This document shows positions 29,108 to 38,119 of a DNA stretch of 64,000 nucleotides, one piece after another (within the stretch, counting starts at the first letter, position 1; every line of letters starts with the position of its first letter). Both the position numbers and the translations under genes were made by a program. The notes below the pieces were generated by a model. The model saw only the letters and a list, made by a program, of their open reading frames with translations, ran no database searches and had not been told where the DNA came from. This DNA comes from an uncultured Planctomycetia bacterium (GTDB lineage Bacteria > Omnitrophota > Gorgyraeia > VGKH01 > JBHPFN01). Location of the stretch: NCBI GenBank assembly GCA_964406665.1, contig CAYOSQ010000005.1, positions 21,929 through 85,928 of the forward strand. Reading direction: 5' to 3'.

Positions 29108-29914
29108 ATGACAGAAGAAAAAAAAATAGCAATATCTATTCGTGGTTTAGAAAAATCTTTTGGTGATCATAGGGTTCTCTGTGGAGTTAATCTGGATATA
29201 AATAAAGGCGAGACTTTTGTTATTATGGGTGGTTCAGGTTGCGGAAAGAGCACTTTGTTAAGACATATTGTTGGTGCAATGAAACCTAATGCAGGAAAAA
29301 TATATTTTGGTGATAAAGATATTGTTTCAATTTCTGGATCTGAACTTGAGAACGTAAAAAGAAAATTTGGATTACTTTTTCAATCTGGAGCATTACTTGA
29401 TTCCCTTACTGTTGAAGAAAATGTGAGCCTTCCCCTTAAAGAGCATACAAAATTAGATTCTAGCATTATAAAGATTATAGTTAAGATGAAGTTGGCCCTT
29501 GTGGGTTTAAGAGGTTTTGAGCATTTAATGCCAAGTGAACTATCTGGTGGAATGAAGAAGCGTGTTGGTCTTGCCCGTGCAATAGCTATGGATCCTGAGA
29601 TGATCTTTTATGATGAGCCTACTGCGGGGCTAGACCCTGTAGTTGCTGCTGTTATAGATAAGCTAATTTTGGATTTAAGTAAGAAGTTACTCATTACATC
29701 AGTTGTGGTAACCCATGATATGCAGAGTGTCTTTAGGATAGCGGATAGAGTTGCTATGTTACATAAAGGTAGGGTTCTCGAAGTGGGCACCACTAAAGAA
29801 ATCAAGAATTCCAAGAATGAAATCGTCCAACAATTTATAAACGGCAATACAGAAGGTCCTTTAGATTTCTTTAAAAAGGGAGATGATTATCTTCAGGACC
29901 TTGTGGGGATTTAG
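29108..29914 (+). CDS. mlaF: MlaF-family ABC transporter ATP-binding protein
   Basis: Walker A 'GGSGCGKST', signature 'LSGGMKKR', Walker B 'MIFYDEPTAGLD'. Confidence 0.85.
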   Translation: MTEEKKIAISIRGLEKSFGDHRVLCGVNLDINKGETFVIMGGSGCGKSTLLRHIVGAMKPNAGKIYFGDKDIVSISGSELENVKRKFGLLFQSGALLDSLTVEENVSLPLKEHTKLDSSIIKIIVKMKLALVGLRGFEHLMPSELSGGMKKRVGLARAIAMDPEMIFYDEPTAGLDPVVAAVIDKLILDLSKKLLITSVVVTHDMQSVFRIADRVAMLHKGRVLEVGTTKEIKNSKNEIVQQFINGNTEGPLDFFKKGDDYLQDLVGI

Positions 29915-29932
29915 ATAATAAAGGAGCTAAGC

Positions 29933-30571
29933 ATGAAGATTAATAACGAAACTAAAATAGGTATAATGGTAACGATTTGCCTGATTGCTCTGGGGGCACT
30001 TACTTGTAAAGTGGGAGATTTTAGCCTTAACAAAAAAGGTTATGAGATTAAGGCGGAGTTTATCAATATCGATGGGGTTGAGACGAATGCTCCTGTTCGT
30101 TTAAATGGACTCGAGATTGGAAAAGTTACTGATATTGAAATTATTTATGGTGATCAAACAAAAATGTTGCTTACTATTTGGATTGATGAAACTGCAAAAG
30201 TAAAAGATCAGGTAAAAGCTTCAGTTAAGACTATGGGACTTATGGGTGAGAAATATATTGCCCTTACTGATTCTGGTGAAGGGGATGTTTATTTAGAAAA
30301 AGATTCACTAGTTATCGGGCAGGAACCTTTAGATATAGACGCGCTTATGGCCAAGGGTGATGTTATCGCTGATAATGTTAATTTGGCCTTAGAAAATATT
30401 GTAGAAATTACTGATAATGTTAAAGAAAGACTTGCTCTAAATAAAGAAAGCATAGATCAAATAATTGAAAATCTGAAATATGTAAGTGAGAATTTTGAAG
30501 AGTTAAGCGGGGATTTAAAACGCAATCCTTGGAAGTTGTTGTTCCGCACAAAAGAAAAGAAAGAAGAATAA
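29933..30571 (+). CDS. mlaD: MlaD-like MCE-domain protein
   Basis: N-terminal TM anchor followed by an MCE domain ('FINIDGVETNAPVRLNGLEIGKV'). Confidence 0.7.
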   Translation: MKINNETKIGIMVTICLIALGALTCKVGDFSLNKKGYEIKAEFINIDGVETNAPVRLNGLEIGKVTDIEIIYGDQTKMLLTIWIDETAKVKDQVKASVKTMGLMGEKYIALTDSGEGDVYLEKDSLVIGQEPLDIDALMAKGDVIADNVNLALENIVEITDNVKERLALNKESIDQIIENLKYVSENFEELSGDLKRNPWKLLFRTKEKKEE

Positions 30572-30587
30572 TCGGGGGTATATTTTT

Positions 30588-31385
30588 ATGAACAAATCAA
30601 TATTTGCTGTAATTTCAATTTTAGCTATATTATTTTCTTGCAGCACAGCTTTTGCTCAGGCTCATCAACTTCAGGCAGAGATTATTTATGTTGAAGGTAG
30701 TGTTTTTGTTAAACAAAGCATTGATTCTGATTGGGTAGATGCAAAAGTTGGCATGGTACTAGAGAAGAATGCAGTTGTTAGGGTTGGCGAGGGTTCAAAA
30801 TGCGATATTGTTTTTGATGGAAATAAAGAAAATATTATTGGTCTTTCCAAGAATACAGAAATATCCTTATCTGATGCTGCCCCTAGGAGTGTTCAGTTGG
30901 TCAGAGGAAGAGTTTTTTCACTTATTAAAAAATTAAAAAAGGATTCTAGGTTTGAGGTCAGAACTCCAACTGCAATTTCTGGTGCTAGGGGAACTGGATG
31001 GGCAAGTACCTATGATGGCAGTAAGACTAAATTTGAGGCACACGAGAAAGATATTTATGTTTCTGGTCTTGATAAGGATGGTAAATCTAGAGGAAAACAA
31101 ACATTAGGTGAAGGAAATTCTGTAAATATATCTGGGTTAGGTTTTATTGAGGACTTTTTAGGTTTAGGCTCAGAGGAGAAAAATCGTTGGAAAAAATGGA
31201 AGAAAGATTCTCTGGACCATCTAGGCGGATATAATAAGGGTAGTGGAATGAAGCCTATGGGAAACACCGAAGATCAGCTTGATGATTTTTCTGATAAGTT
31301 AGATGATATTCTTGAGCTTAAAGATTTAGATAAAATTGAGGATAGATTAGACGATGGTGGTTCCGGGGGCTATGAACTTGAATAA
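30588..31385 (+). CDS. Secreted FecR-domain-like protein, hypothetical
   Basis: Signal peptide 'ILAILFSCSTAFAQA'. FecR-like beta-rich central region. Acidic C-terminal tail. Confidence 0.4.
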   Translation: MNKSIFAVISILAILFSCSTAFAQAHQLQAEIIYVEGSVFVKQSIDSDWVDAKVGMVLEKNAVVRVGEGSKCDIVFDGNKENIIGLSKNTEISLSDAAPRSVQLVRGRVFSLIKKLKKDSRFEVRTPTAISGARGTGWASTYDGSKTKFEAHEKDIYVSGLDKDGKSRGKQTLGEGNSVNISGLGFIEDFLGLGSEEKNRWKKWKKDSLDHLGGYNKGSGMKPMGNTEDQLDDFSDKLDDILELKDLDKIEDRLDDGGSGGYELE

Positions 31386-31402
31386 TAAAACAAGGAAATC
31401 AA

Positions 31403-32425
31403 ATGAATAAAAAAACTTTAGTATTTTCAATATTTATTTTATTGTTTTGTTCAAATGTCTATTCCCAAACCATTACGGAGGATAAGCAGGAAAAGCATGA
31501 AGATAGAGAATCTTTTAGCCAAAGTTATTCTACTGAGCAAGATACAAGTGATGAATCGAGATATCAGATTGAGTCTAATTTTGGATTTTTTATAGGATTT
31601 GATAACAACGTATTCTTAGATTCAACTCGCAAGGGCGATACTTTTCAGAATTATATTTATAGTTTAAATTATTCAAATAAACTAAAAAGAGATTTAGATT
31701 TAAAGATTAAGTACAGCCTTAACTCGCTTCAGTATGATAGATACACTGATAATTCTTCTGTGGGTAATACAGGAAATTTTGCTTTAGAGAAAAAATTGGG
31801 TGGGCGTAATCTTGTGGGAATTTCTACTGAAATAGGTTCTGTTTATTATCCAAGCAATGATCAGGGTGAATATTTTACAGCTGGAGGTTCTTTGTATGGT
31901 AAACAGTTTTTAGGAAAGAACCTGTATCATCGAGCTGGTTATAGTTTTTTAAGTAAAAGTTTTATGCATCGTAAGGCGAAAGACGGCAACGGCGTTGATA
32001 TGGAAGAAGAGAGAGATGATGTGCGCCATGCTATAGATTACGAAGTAGGGTTTTATCCGGATAATCAATCATTATTTAAGTTAAAAGGTCAGGTATATAA
32101 TAATGATTCTCGAGATGGATATATGGATTATTATGATTATGATTCTTTTAAGCTTGGCGCAACATTTATAAAACTACTAAACGATAAATGGTCATCGCTT
32201 CTTAACTATAATTTTCGTAGAAATAATTATAAAACTCGCCTAATTAAAAATGGATCAGAGGCAGAGTATGATAATAATCATACTGGAAACGCAGGAATTA
32301 TTTATAAATTAAGTGAAAACACTTCAGCATCAGCAATATATTCTTATTCGCAGAATTATTCTAATGATAGCGGTCAGGAATATTCCGTTAGCATGGTATC
32401 TTTAGGCCTGCGATATGCCTTCTAA
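31403..32425 (+). CDS. Putative outer-membrane beta-barrel protein
   Basis: Signal peptide, alternating Tyr/Gly/Asn-rich amphipathic strands, C-terminal 'LGLRYAF' (terminal Phe). Confidence 0.4.
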   Translation: MNKKTLVFSIFILLFCSNVYSQTITEDKQEKHEDRESFSQSYSTEQDTSDESRYQIESNFGFFIGFDNNVFLDSTRKGDTFQNYIYSLNYSNKLKRDLDLKIKYSLNSLQYDRYTDNSSVGNTGNFALEKKLGGRNLVGISTEIGSVYYPSNDQGEYFTAGGSLYGKQFLGKNLYHRAGYSFLSKSFMHRKAKDGNGVDMEEERDDVRHAIDYEVGFYPDNQSLFKLKGQVYNNDSRDGYMDYYDYDSFKLGATFIKLLNDKWSSLLNYNFRRNNYKTRLIKNGSEAEYDNNHTGNAGIIYKLSENTSASAIYSYSQNYSNDSGQEYSVSMVSLGLRYAF

Positions 32426-34352
32426 AATTTCAAAGATAAAGTTAAACAATCATATTACCAAATCAATTTTATTCGTAGTTGTCGCTGTAATTATTTTTTG
32501 TCTTTCTTTTTTTAGAGTTTTTGATTTATACGAATTAGTACTTCTTGATCTGCGTTTTAAAATCCGACCGGTTCAACAATTCATTGACGATATAGTTATT
32601 ATTGAAATTTCTGATGATACTTTGCAGAATTTAAGCCAGTGGCCACTGCCTCGTGATTTTCATGCAAGTTTAATGGATGTTTTAAGAGAGCTTAAAGTAA
32701 AGCAGGTATTTTTTGACATTTTATTTAGTGAAAAGACTAGATGGGATGATGTTTTCAGGGCTTCTTTGAAAAAAGCAGATAATGCATATCTTTCATATGC
32801 TTTTAGATTAGATAGTGATCCACGCCCAGGTGCTTTTAGGGCTAGTTCTGAAATTATCGCTCCCTTACTTGATAATTTTAATAAAGTAGTACATGGAAGC
32901 GGACATATTAATATTTTAACTGATGCTGATGGTAAGAGTAGATGGGCACCTCTTTTCGTTAAATATAAAGACGATCTTCATCCCCATATTGCTTTAAAAG
33001 CCGCTTGTGATTATCTAGGGATTTCTTTGGAAGATGTGGCTTTGAAGAATAATTACTTATTAATAGGAAAAGAATTAAGTGTTCCTGTTTCAGATACAGG
33101 ATGTGTAATGATTAATTATGTTGGACCATGGACAAAAAGTTTCAAACATTACTCTTATTTTGACATACTTGCAGCTTATCAAGAAGAGAGAGAGGGCGTA
33201 GCTCCCCGAATCAATCTAAGAGCTTTAAGGGGTAAGGTTTGTTTTGTTGGTCTTACGGCTACAGGAACATTAGATCTGCATGCGATGCCACTTGAACCAA
33301 TTTATCCTATGGTGGGGTTGCATGCAAATATTTTCAATAGCATTGTTTTGAAGAAGTTTTTAACAAGATTAAGTAGAACTATTAATTTAGTTATTCTAGC
33401 TGTTTTAATTCTTTTAGCTTTATTGATTACGCTTAAATTTAGACCATTAAAAAGTTTTCTTACAGTTTTTGGTTTAGGTATTAGCTATGCTTTAATCTGT
33501 TTTGCTTTGTTTGTATTTCTTGGTTTATGGCTGGATTTATTCTTTCCTTTAGTAATTTTGATGGTAGTGTATTTGTCTGTAACGCTCTTGAAATTCCTTA
33601 GCGAGGCGAGAAAAAATGAGCTAATGGAAAAAGAGCTTTCAATTGCCAAAGAGATACAGATAAGTTTTCTTCCGGATGAGATAAATAAGTTTGCTGATAT
33701 AGAGATAGCCTCAGACATGGTAACAGCCAAGCACGTTGGTGGAGATTTGTATGATATCAGGGTATTAGATGATGATAAATTGGGAATATTTTTAGGAGAT
33801 GTTGCCGGCAAAGGTGTATCTGCTGCATTGGTTATGGCTAAGGCTATTTCACTGTTTAGGATTTTTTCGACTGAAACAGAATCTCCTGCAGCATTGCTTG
33901 AAAAATTAAATGATGCAATGGTTAAAGATTCTAAATCCGGATTGTTTGTAACTTCAACTTATATAATTTATGATTCTAAGCAGCATAAGGTAATACTTTC
34001 TAGCGGCGGACATCTTCCCACACTTCTGGTTAAAGGCAGGAGTGCAGAAAGTGAAATGATAGATGTTGAAGGTGGAATGCCTTTAGGAATAATGGATGGT
34101 GTAGAATTTTGTGATAAGACCATTGGTCTTAACATTGGTGATAGCGTAGTGCTGTATACTGATGGTGTTGTTGAAGCGAAAAACATTAAACGAGAAGATT
34201 TCGAAGAGGAAAGATTGGTAAGCTGCGTGGCTGAAAGTAAGAACTTAAGCGTACAAGATATTATTTCTACGATAAAGAGCAAATTAAGATTATTTGTTGG
34301 TAAAGCACCACAACATGATGATATAACTATTATTGTTTTTAAGAGAGTCTAA
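32415..34352 (+). CDS. CHASE2 sensor domain / PP2C (SpoIIE/RsbU-type) serine phosphatase
   Basis: N-terminal TM + periplasmic CHASE2-like region, 3 TM helices, then the PP2C core ('HVGGDLYD', 'GDVAGKGVSAALVMA', 'LYTDGVVEAKN'). Confidence 0.7.
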   Translation: MPSKISKIKLNNHITKSILFVVVAVIIFCLSFFRVFDLYELVLLDLRFKIRPVQQFIDDIVIIEISDDTLQNLSQWPLPRDFHASLMDVLRELKVKQVFFDILFSEKTRWDDVFRASLKKADNAYLSYAFRLDSDPRPGAFRASSEIIAPLLDNFNKVVHGSGHINILTDADGKSRWAPLFVKYKDDLHPHIALKAACDYLGISLEDVALKNNYLLIGKELSVPVSDTGCVMINYVGPWTKSFKHYSYFDILAAYQEEREGVAPRINLRALRGKVCFVGLTATGTLDLHAMPLEPIYPMVGLHANIFNSIVLKKFLTRLSRTINLVILAVLILLALLITLKFRPLKSFLTVFGLGISYALICFALFVFLGLWLDLFFPLVILMVVYLSVTLLKFLSEARKNELMEKELSIAKEIQISFLPDEINKFADIEIASDMVTAKHVGGDLYDIRVLDDDKLGIFLGDVAGKGVSAALVMAKAISLFRIFSTETESPAALLEKLNDAMVKDSKSGLFVTSTYIIYDSKQHKVILSSGGHLPTLLVKGRSAESEMIDVEGGMPLGIMDGVEFCDKTIGLNIGDSVVLYTDGVVEAKNIKREDFEEERLVSCVAESKNLSVQDIISTIKSKLRLFVGKAPQHDDITIIVFKRV

Positions 34353-34472
34353 TCTGGATTTATTTTAAGGCAGTTTATTGATATTTTCTTGCATTATAAA
34401 ACTAAATTTGCTATAAGATAAATAGAGCATAATATTGTAAATGAATTAATAAAAGTATACAAGAGAGAGGAG

Positions 34473-34895
34473 TTGGTTTTTATGCCGGGGAAAATCAAAA
34501 GAAGACTATTTATTATTGCAAATAAATACCAAAAACAGGTTATCCAGCTAGTTTTCTTTACTACCGTTGTTCCGGTAATTATTACCATAGTGGCGCTTTG
34601 CTATCTATTTTTTGATATAACTACTAATCTTATGCTTGGTGGGTATGATTCGATTCCTCTAATAAAAAAGATAATCTTGATAACAATTGTTACATTACCT
34701 CTATATATTATTATGTTGGGAATTTGGTCATATAAGATTTCTAATAGATTAACCGGACCAATATTAAGAATAAATCAAGATTTACAAGATATTATTGATG
34801 GAAAGTCAAAGCAACGTTTATTCGTCAGGGAAACAGATTATTTGAAAGATCTGGTTGATAAGATAAATGTTCTTATCGATAGGCTTAATCAATAA
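34473..34895 (+). CDS. Small membrane protein, hypothetical (two TM helices and an amphipathic tail)
   Basis: 140-aa ORF preceded by a TTGCAT-17-TATAAG promoter-like sequence and RBS 'agagaggag'. Confidence 0.35.
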   Translation: MVFMPGKIKRRLFIIANKYQKQVIQLVFFTTVVPVIITIVALCYLFFDITTNLMLGGYDSIPLIKKIILITIVTLPLYIIMLGIWSYKISNRLTGPILRINQDLQDIIDGKSKQRLFVRETDYLKDLVDKINVLIDRLNQ

Positions 34896-34978
34896 TATTT
34901 ATAAAACCCTCGCATTGTTTGTAATCTTTCATGCCAATCTTTTCGCTACTCCTGTCGTAATTTACAAAATAAAAGTAT

Positions 34979-35905
34979 ATGGATAAAACATTTAAAAGAT
35001 TTATAACACTTCCTGTAGTTGAGTTTACATTTTTCAGTATCTTAGGATTATTTTTCTGGTTTAGTCAAAAAGAGCAGAATATCTTACCTTTAATTATTTT
35101 CATTTATATTGCAGTGTTTGTACCAGGTGGAATGCTGCTTTATGCTTTTTTGCCGTCACAAAAGAAGAATATAGGTAGAAGGTTTACTTATATCATGGCA
35201 GGATTGCTTCTTTTTCTCGAGATCGGAATTTTAGGTAGACAAAACCTTCAGTTGGAAGGTTTATTTTTTACGCTACTTTCTGGTTTTTTTTCTGCAGCTC
35301 TGTTGCATTATTGTATAGCTAAGATTATTGGTCCTATAATTTTAAACAGGGCTTGGTGCGGCTGGGGTTGTTGGACAATGATGATCTTAGATTTACTTCC
35401 TTATAAAGAGAGCAGCGGTCGCCTTAAAGGAAAATGGGGATTCTTAAGATATCTTCATTTTATCGCAAGCCTGATTCTTGTAGTATGGTTCTGGAACACA
35501 TTTAGATATTCAATCCCTAAAGAAAACTGGGGCATGATAGGATTATACTGGTTTCTTATCGGAAATGCTCTGTATTACGCCTTGGGTATCATCCTGGCAA
35601 TAATTCTTAAGGATAATCGGGCTTTTTGTAAATATGCCTGTCCCATAACTGTCTTTCTTAAGCTATCCAGCATATTCTCTTTACTTAAGATAAAAACTGA
35701 CAAAGACTCTTGCCAGGGATGTCAGCAGTGTATGAAAGCCTGTCCTATGGATATACGTATACCCGAATACACTAAGTTAGGTACAAGGGTGCTTTCTAGT
35801 GAATGTACACTTTGTCTGAAATGCATAAACGCCTGCCCAAATAAAGCCCTTAAGGTTTCTGTTGGATTCGACATAGGAGGGAAGGATTTTTTGAATGAAA
35901 AGTAG
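34979..35905 (+). CDS. NapH/MauN-like membrane polyferredoxin (2x[4Fe-4S]), paralog 1
   Basis: Four or more TM helices. 'RAWCGWGCW' (NapH-type CxxxC box). Two ferredoxin motifs 'CQGCQQCMKACP' and 'CTLCLKCINACP'. Confidence 0.7.
   Translation: MDKTFKRFITLPVVEFTFFSILGLFFWFSQKEQNILPLIIFIYIAVFVPGGMLLYAFLPSQKKNIGRRFTYIMAGLLLFLEIGILGRQNLQLEGLFFTLLSGFFSAALLHYCIAKIIGPIILNRAWCGWGCWTMMILDLLPYKESSGRLKGKWGFLRYLHFIASLILVVWFWNTFRYSIPKENWGMIGLYWFLIGNALYYALGIILAIILKDNRAFCKYACPITVFLKLSSIFSLLKIKTDKDSCQGCQQCMKACPMDIRIPEYTKLGTRVLSSECTLCLKCINACPNKALKVSVGFDIGGKDFLNEK
35353..35899 (+). repeat. 547-bp perfect direct repeat, copy 1 (period 913 bp); partner at 36266..36812
   Basis: Exact nucleotide identity across the 3' halves of the two polyferredoxin genes. 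Confidence 0.95.
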
Positions 35906-36845
35906 AACTTCTTTTTTAAATCACTGGCTTGTTGCTCCCTTAATGATAATTTCGTTCTTTTTTACTATTGCAATCTTTCTTTGGATATCTGAAGGTATTT
36001 TTTCATTGCTTATATTTTCCACAGGTATATTTGTTGTCTCAGGTGCTATTTTGTATATAAAATTGCCTGAAACAAAGAAGTATCTTGCCCGTAGGATTTC
36101 TTTTTTCGCGGTAGGCATGTCGCTTTTCTTCGGCGTTGGTATCTTAGCTCAGGAGAACTTACAGCTTGAGGGATTTTTCTTCTCTATCTTAGGGGGTCTT
36201 TATCCTATGGCTATGATACATTATATGATTGGTAAAATATTTGGTACTATTATTCTACAGAGAGGTTGGTGCGGCTGGGGTTGTTGGACAATGATGATCT
36301 TAGATTTACTTCCTTATAAAGAGAGCAGCGGTCGCCTTAAAGGAAAATGGGGATTCTTAAGATATCTTCATTTTATCGCAAGCCTGATTCTTGTAGTATG
36401 GTTCTGGAACACATTTAGATATTCAATCCCTAAAGAAAACTGGGGCATGATAGGATTATACTGGTTTCTTATCGGAAATGCTCTGTATTACGCCTTGGGT
36501 ATCATCCTGGCAATAATTCTTAAGGATAATCGGGCTTTTTGTAAATATGCCTGTCCCATAACTGTCTTTCTTAAGCTATCCAGCATATTCTCTTTACTTA
36601 AGATAAAAACTGACAAAGACTCTTGCCAGGGATGTCAGCAGTGTATGAAAGCCTGTCCTATGGATATACGTATACCCGAATACACTAAGTTAGGTACAAG
36701 GGTGCTTTCTAGTGAATGTACACTTTGTCTGAAATGCATAAACGCCTGCCCAAATAAAGCCCTTAAGGTTTCTGTTGGATTCGACATAGGAGGGAAGGAT
36801 TTTTTGAATGAACGGGAGCCTGAATTCGATTCCCAATCTTCTTAG
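35895..36845 (+). CDS. NapH/MauN-like membrane polyferredoxin, paralog 2
   Basis: Same architecture. The N-terminal half is about 40% identical to paralog 1; the C-terminal half is nucleotide-identical. Start ATG overlaps the stop of paralog 1. Confidence 0.7.
   Translation: MKSRTSFLNHWLVAPLMIISFFFTIAIFLWISEGIFSLLIFSTGIFVVSGAILYIKLPETKKYLARRISFFAVGMSLFFGVGILAQENLQLEGFFFSILGGLYPMAMIHYMIGKIFGTIILQRGWCGWGCWTMMILDLLPYKESSGRLKGKWGFLRYLHFIASLILVVWFWNTFRYSIPKENWGMIGLYWFLIGNALYYALGIILAIILKDNRAFCKYACPITVFLKLSSIFSLLKIKTDKDSCQGCQQCMKACPMDIRIPEYTKLGTRVLSSECTLCLKCINACPNKALKVSVGFDIGGKDFLNEREPEFDSQSS
36266..36812 (+). repeat. 547-bp perfect direct repeat, copy 2
   Basis: See 35353..35899. Confidence 0.95.
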
Positions 36846-36925
36846 CAAGCGGTTTTTCGCCTTGCAAAAAGCTAAAATTTGAGCTAATATAATTATCAGA
36901 TTTACCCGTCGACTTTTATGCTTTA

Positions 36926-36998
36926 GGGCCGATAGTTCAGTTGGGAGAACGCCTGGTTCGCAATCAGGAGGTCGGGGGTTCAACTCCCCCTCGGTCCA
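36926..36998 (+). tRNA. tRNA-Ala (anticodon CGC)
   Basis: Cloverleaf: acceptor GGGCCGA/TCGGTCC with G3:U70 Ala identity pair, D-stem GTTC/GAAC, anticodon stem CCTGG/TCAGG with loop TTCGCAA, T-stem GGGGG/CCCCC with loop TTCAACT. CCA is not encoded. Confidence 0.85.
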
Positions 36999-37021
36999 CA
37001 AATTTAGGAAAAAATAGTAAA

Positions 37022-38119
37022 ATGAACAAAAAAAGCTTGATAACTCTCTTCTTGTTAATTATTTTAAGTGTAACGTTATTTTTCTCTAATGCTTATGTTT
37101 CTTCTAATCCTTTGAAGGAAGCGATGTATTATAAGAAACTTGAGGATAAAAAAGTTAATTGTCAACTTTGCCCTCGTAGGTGTTTAATCCAAAATAACAA
37201 AAGAGGATTTTGTGGGGTAAGAGAAAATAAGGAGGGGATTCTTTATTCTCTTGTTTACGGAGAACCCTGTGCAGTACATGTTGACCCCATTGAAAAAAAA
37301 CCACTTTTTCATTTTTTCCCCAAAAGCAAAGCGTTTTCAATCGCTACAGTTGGTTGTAATCTTAAGTGTAAATTTTGTCAGAACTGGGAGATTTCCCAGG
37401 CTTCTCCCGGAGACGTTAGAACTTACAAATTATCTCCTGAAGAAATCGTTGAGCATGCTATTAAGTCAGGATCGCGCTCCATTGCATATACGTATACTGA
37501 GCCCACGATTTTTTATGAATACATGATTGATATTGCTAAGATTGCTAAAAGAAGAGGCGTAAAAAATGTTATGCATTCTGCTGGACACATAAGTGAAGAA
37601 CCCTTAAGGCAACTGTGTAAATATCTTGATGCTGCTAATATTGATTTGAAGGGCTTTACTGAGGATTATTATAGTGAGATGTCTCTGGGAAGTCTGGAAT
37701 CTGTGCTTAAAACTTTAAAGATTTTGGATGAAGAAGGTGTTTGGGTTGAAATAACTAATCTTGTGGTACCCGGATTAAACGATGATCCCGAACTTATTAA
37801 GGCAATGAGTATTTGGATAAAAGATAATTTGGGTCCTGAGACTCCGCTACACTTTTCTAGATTCTGGCCGATGTATAAGCTAAAGAATCTTTCACCGACA
37901 CCTGTTAGTACTATTGAACGGGCAAGGAAAATTGCAATGGAGAATGGTCTTAAATTTGTATATATAGGAAATGTAGTAGGGCATAAAGCAGAGGATACGT
38001 TTTGCCCGGTTTGTGGTAAATCAATAATTGAACGCTCAGGTTATTCAATAAACAAAATAAATATAAAAGATGGAAAGTGCGTATTTTGCAATGCGGAGGT
38101 CCCTGGTGTCTGGAAATAA
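37022..38119 (+). CDS. AmmeMemoRadiSam system radical SAM enzyme with extra N-terminal signal/anchor segment
   Basis: 'VNCQLCPRRCLI...RGFCGVRE' N-terminal Cys box, 'DPIEKKPLFHF', radical SAM 'GCNLKCKFCQNWEIS'. The N-terminal 30 aa 'MNKKSLITLFLLIILSVTLFFSNA' are hydrophobic. The ORF-track start at 36941 is rejected because it overlaps the tRNA. Confidence 0.85.
   Translation: MNKKSLITLFLLIILSVTLFFSNAYVSSNPLKEAMYYKKLEDKKVNCQLCPRRCLIQNNKRGFCGVRENKEGILYSLVYGEPCAVHVDPIEKKPLFHFFPKSKAFSIATVGCNLKCKFCQNWEISQASPGDVRTYKLSPEEIVEHAIKSGSRSIAYTYTEPTIFYEYMIDIAKIAKRRGVKNVMHSAGHISEEPLRQLCKYLDAANIDLKGFTEDYYSEMSLGSLESVLKTLKILDEEGVWVEITNLVVPGLNDDPELIKAMSIWIKDNLGPETPLHFSRFWPMYKLKNLSPTPVSTIERARKIAMENGLKFVYIGNVVGHKAEDTFCPVCGKSIIERSGYSINKINIKDGKCVFCNAEVPGVWK

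Noticed and set aside
36690-37020. Minus-strand ORF 36690..37001 and the extended N-terminus of ORF 36941..38119
   Set aside because: Both overlap a well-formed tRNA-Ala. The radical SAM gene more plausibly starts at ATG 37022 ('MNKKS').
38070-38090. ORF-track start (MESAYFAM) for the Memo-AMMECR1 gene
   Set aside because: It overlaps the radical SAM gene by about 50 nt and has no RBS. The start is more likely ATG 38091 or GTG 38106. The start remains uncertain.
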